Shown piece after piece: positions 63,315 to 64,000 of a DNA stretch of 64,000 nucleotides (within the stretch, counting starts at the first letter, position 1; the number at the start of each line of letters is the position of its first letter). Source of the stretch: Schmidtea nova. Lineage: Eukaryota. The stretch is from assembly GCA_044892505.1 (NCBI GenBank), contig CM097883.1, positions 17,918,001 through 17,982,000 of the forward strand, written 5' to 3'. The position numbers were made by a program, and so were the translations under genes. The notes below the pieces were generated by a model. It ran no database searches. It was given only the letters and a program-made list of their open reading frames with translations, and was not told where the DNA came from.

Positions 63315-64000
63315 TGATTTCGTACCGGTATCCAGTGATACCGGGCGATTTTTTAATACCGTAATACCGGTTTTGAGGTGATGTTAAATGCTGGTATTAC
63401 GGTATTAGAAAAGTTTGAATTTTATAATCGATAAAGATAGTGAAACATTTTACTTTTTACTGCTATTTCGATAATATAATAGGATAATTTTATGTTGACT
63501 TGCAGTTGTAATGAAAAAAATATAGCTTATGTACCTCTACTGATCAAAACCTATTGTAACCCTTAATAACGGGCTTGTGGAAAAATGAACTCGCTGAGTG
63601 ATGAGCTAACTAAAATTTTGGGATGCCGCTGGACTGGGTAACTCATTTCCCTTGCGCAGAGGCCTTTCAACTCCAAGTGCTCCGACCCATCCCATGTGCA
63701 ATCATTCAAAAAATCGATTAAATTTTTGATAAAAACTCTCCACCTCATAAATGAAATACTAAAAAGGTATAACCGCCGAGGCTCCACGACGTCGACTTGG
63801 CTCCCTCGCCGCGTTAGCAGTCGAGGAAGCATATCTATAATTTTATCAATGAATACATAATGAAAAGAATAGGTATACGCGTAACATATATTGAAAATTA
63901 AATCGTTCAAAATGAATATTAATACATTACCAATAATGAAATCATGGAAACAATAGGATAATACATAATAAAATAAATGTTTACTTTGTCCTCCGAGTGT

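Noticed and set aside
63354-63407. 17-bp inverted repeat TAATACCGTAATACC(G/A)G
   Set aside because: It resembles common subterminal motifs of DNA transposons or MITEs. No termini or TSD could be defined.

Overview
AT-rich eukaryotic genomic DNA with several N-gaps. It is most likely from a freshwater planarian (Dugesiidae, Schmidtea-like), because 56990-57030 matches the planarian SL-1 spliced leader as I recall it. The window is dominated by transposon material: one intact and one decayed mariner, Tc1/IS630 relics, hAT derivatives, Helitron relics, and LTR fragments with tRNA-Leu primer-binding sites. Host-type genes are an intact intronless LARP1-like gene, a frameshifted YTHDF-like copy, a chimeric ORF carrying part of NAE1/APPBP1, and an ankyrin-repeat pseudogene. 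The most unusual signals are: (1) two unrecognised small-protein families recurring among LTR relics, 'ORF-A' (three copies) and 'ORF-B' (two copies); (2) two genomic spliced-leader insertions, one a 42-nt leader variant fused without a GT donor to ankyrin coding sequence; (3) a 268-bp segment flanked by perfect 61-bp inverted repeats between two convergent reading units whose upstream regions share a CGTCTGTGTGCGC motif. All homology calls are by eye, without database searches.
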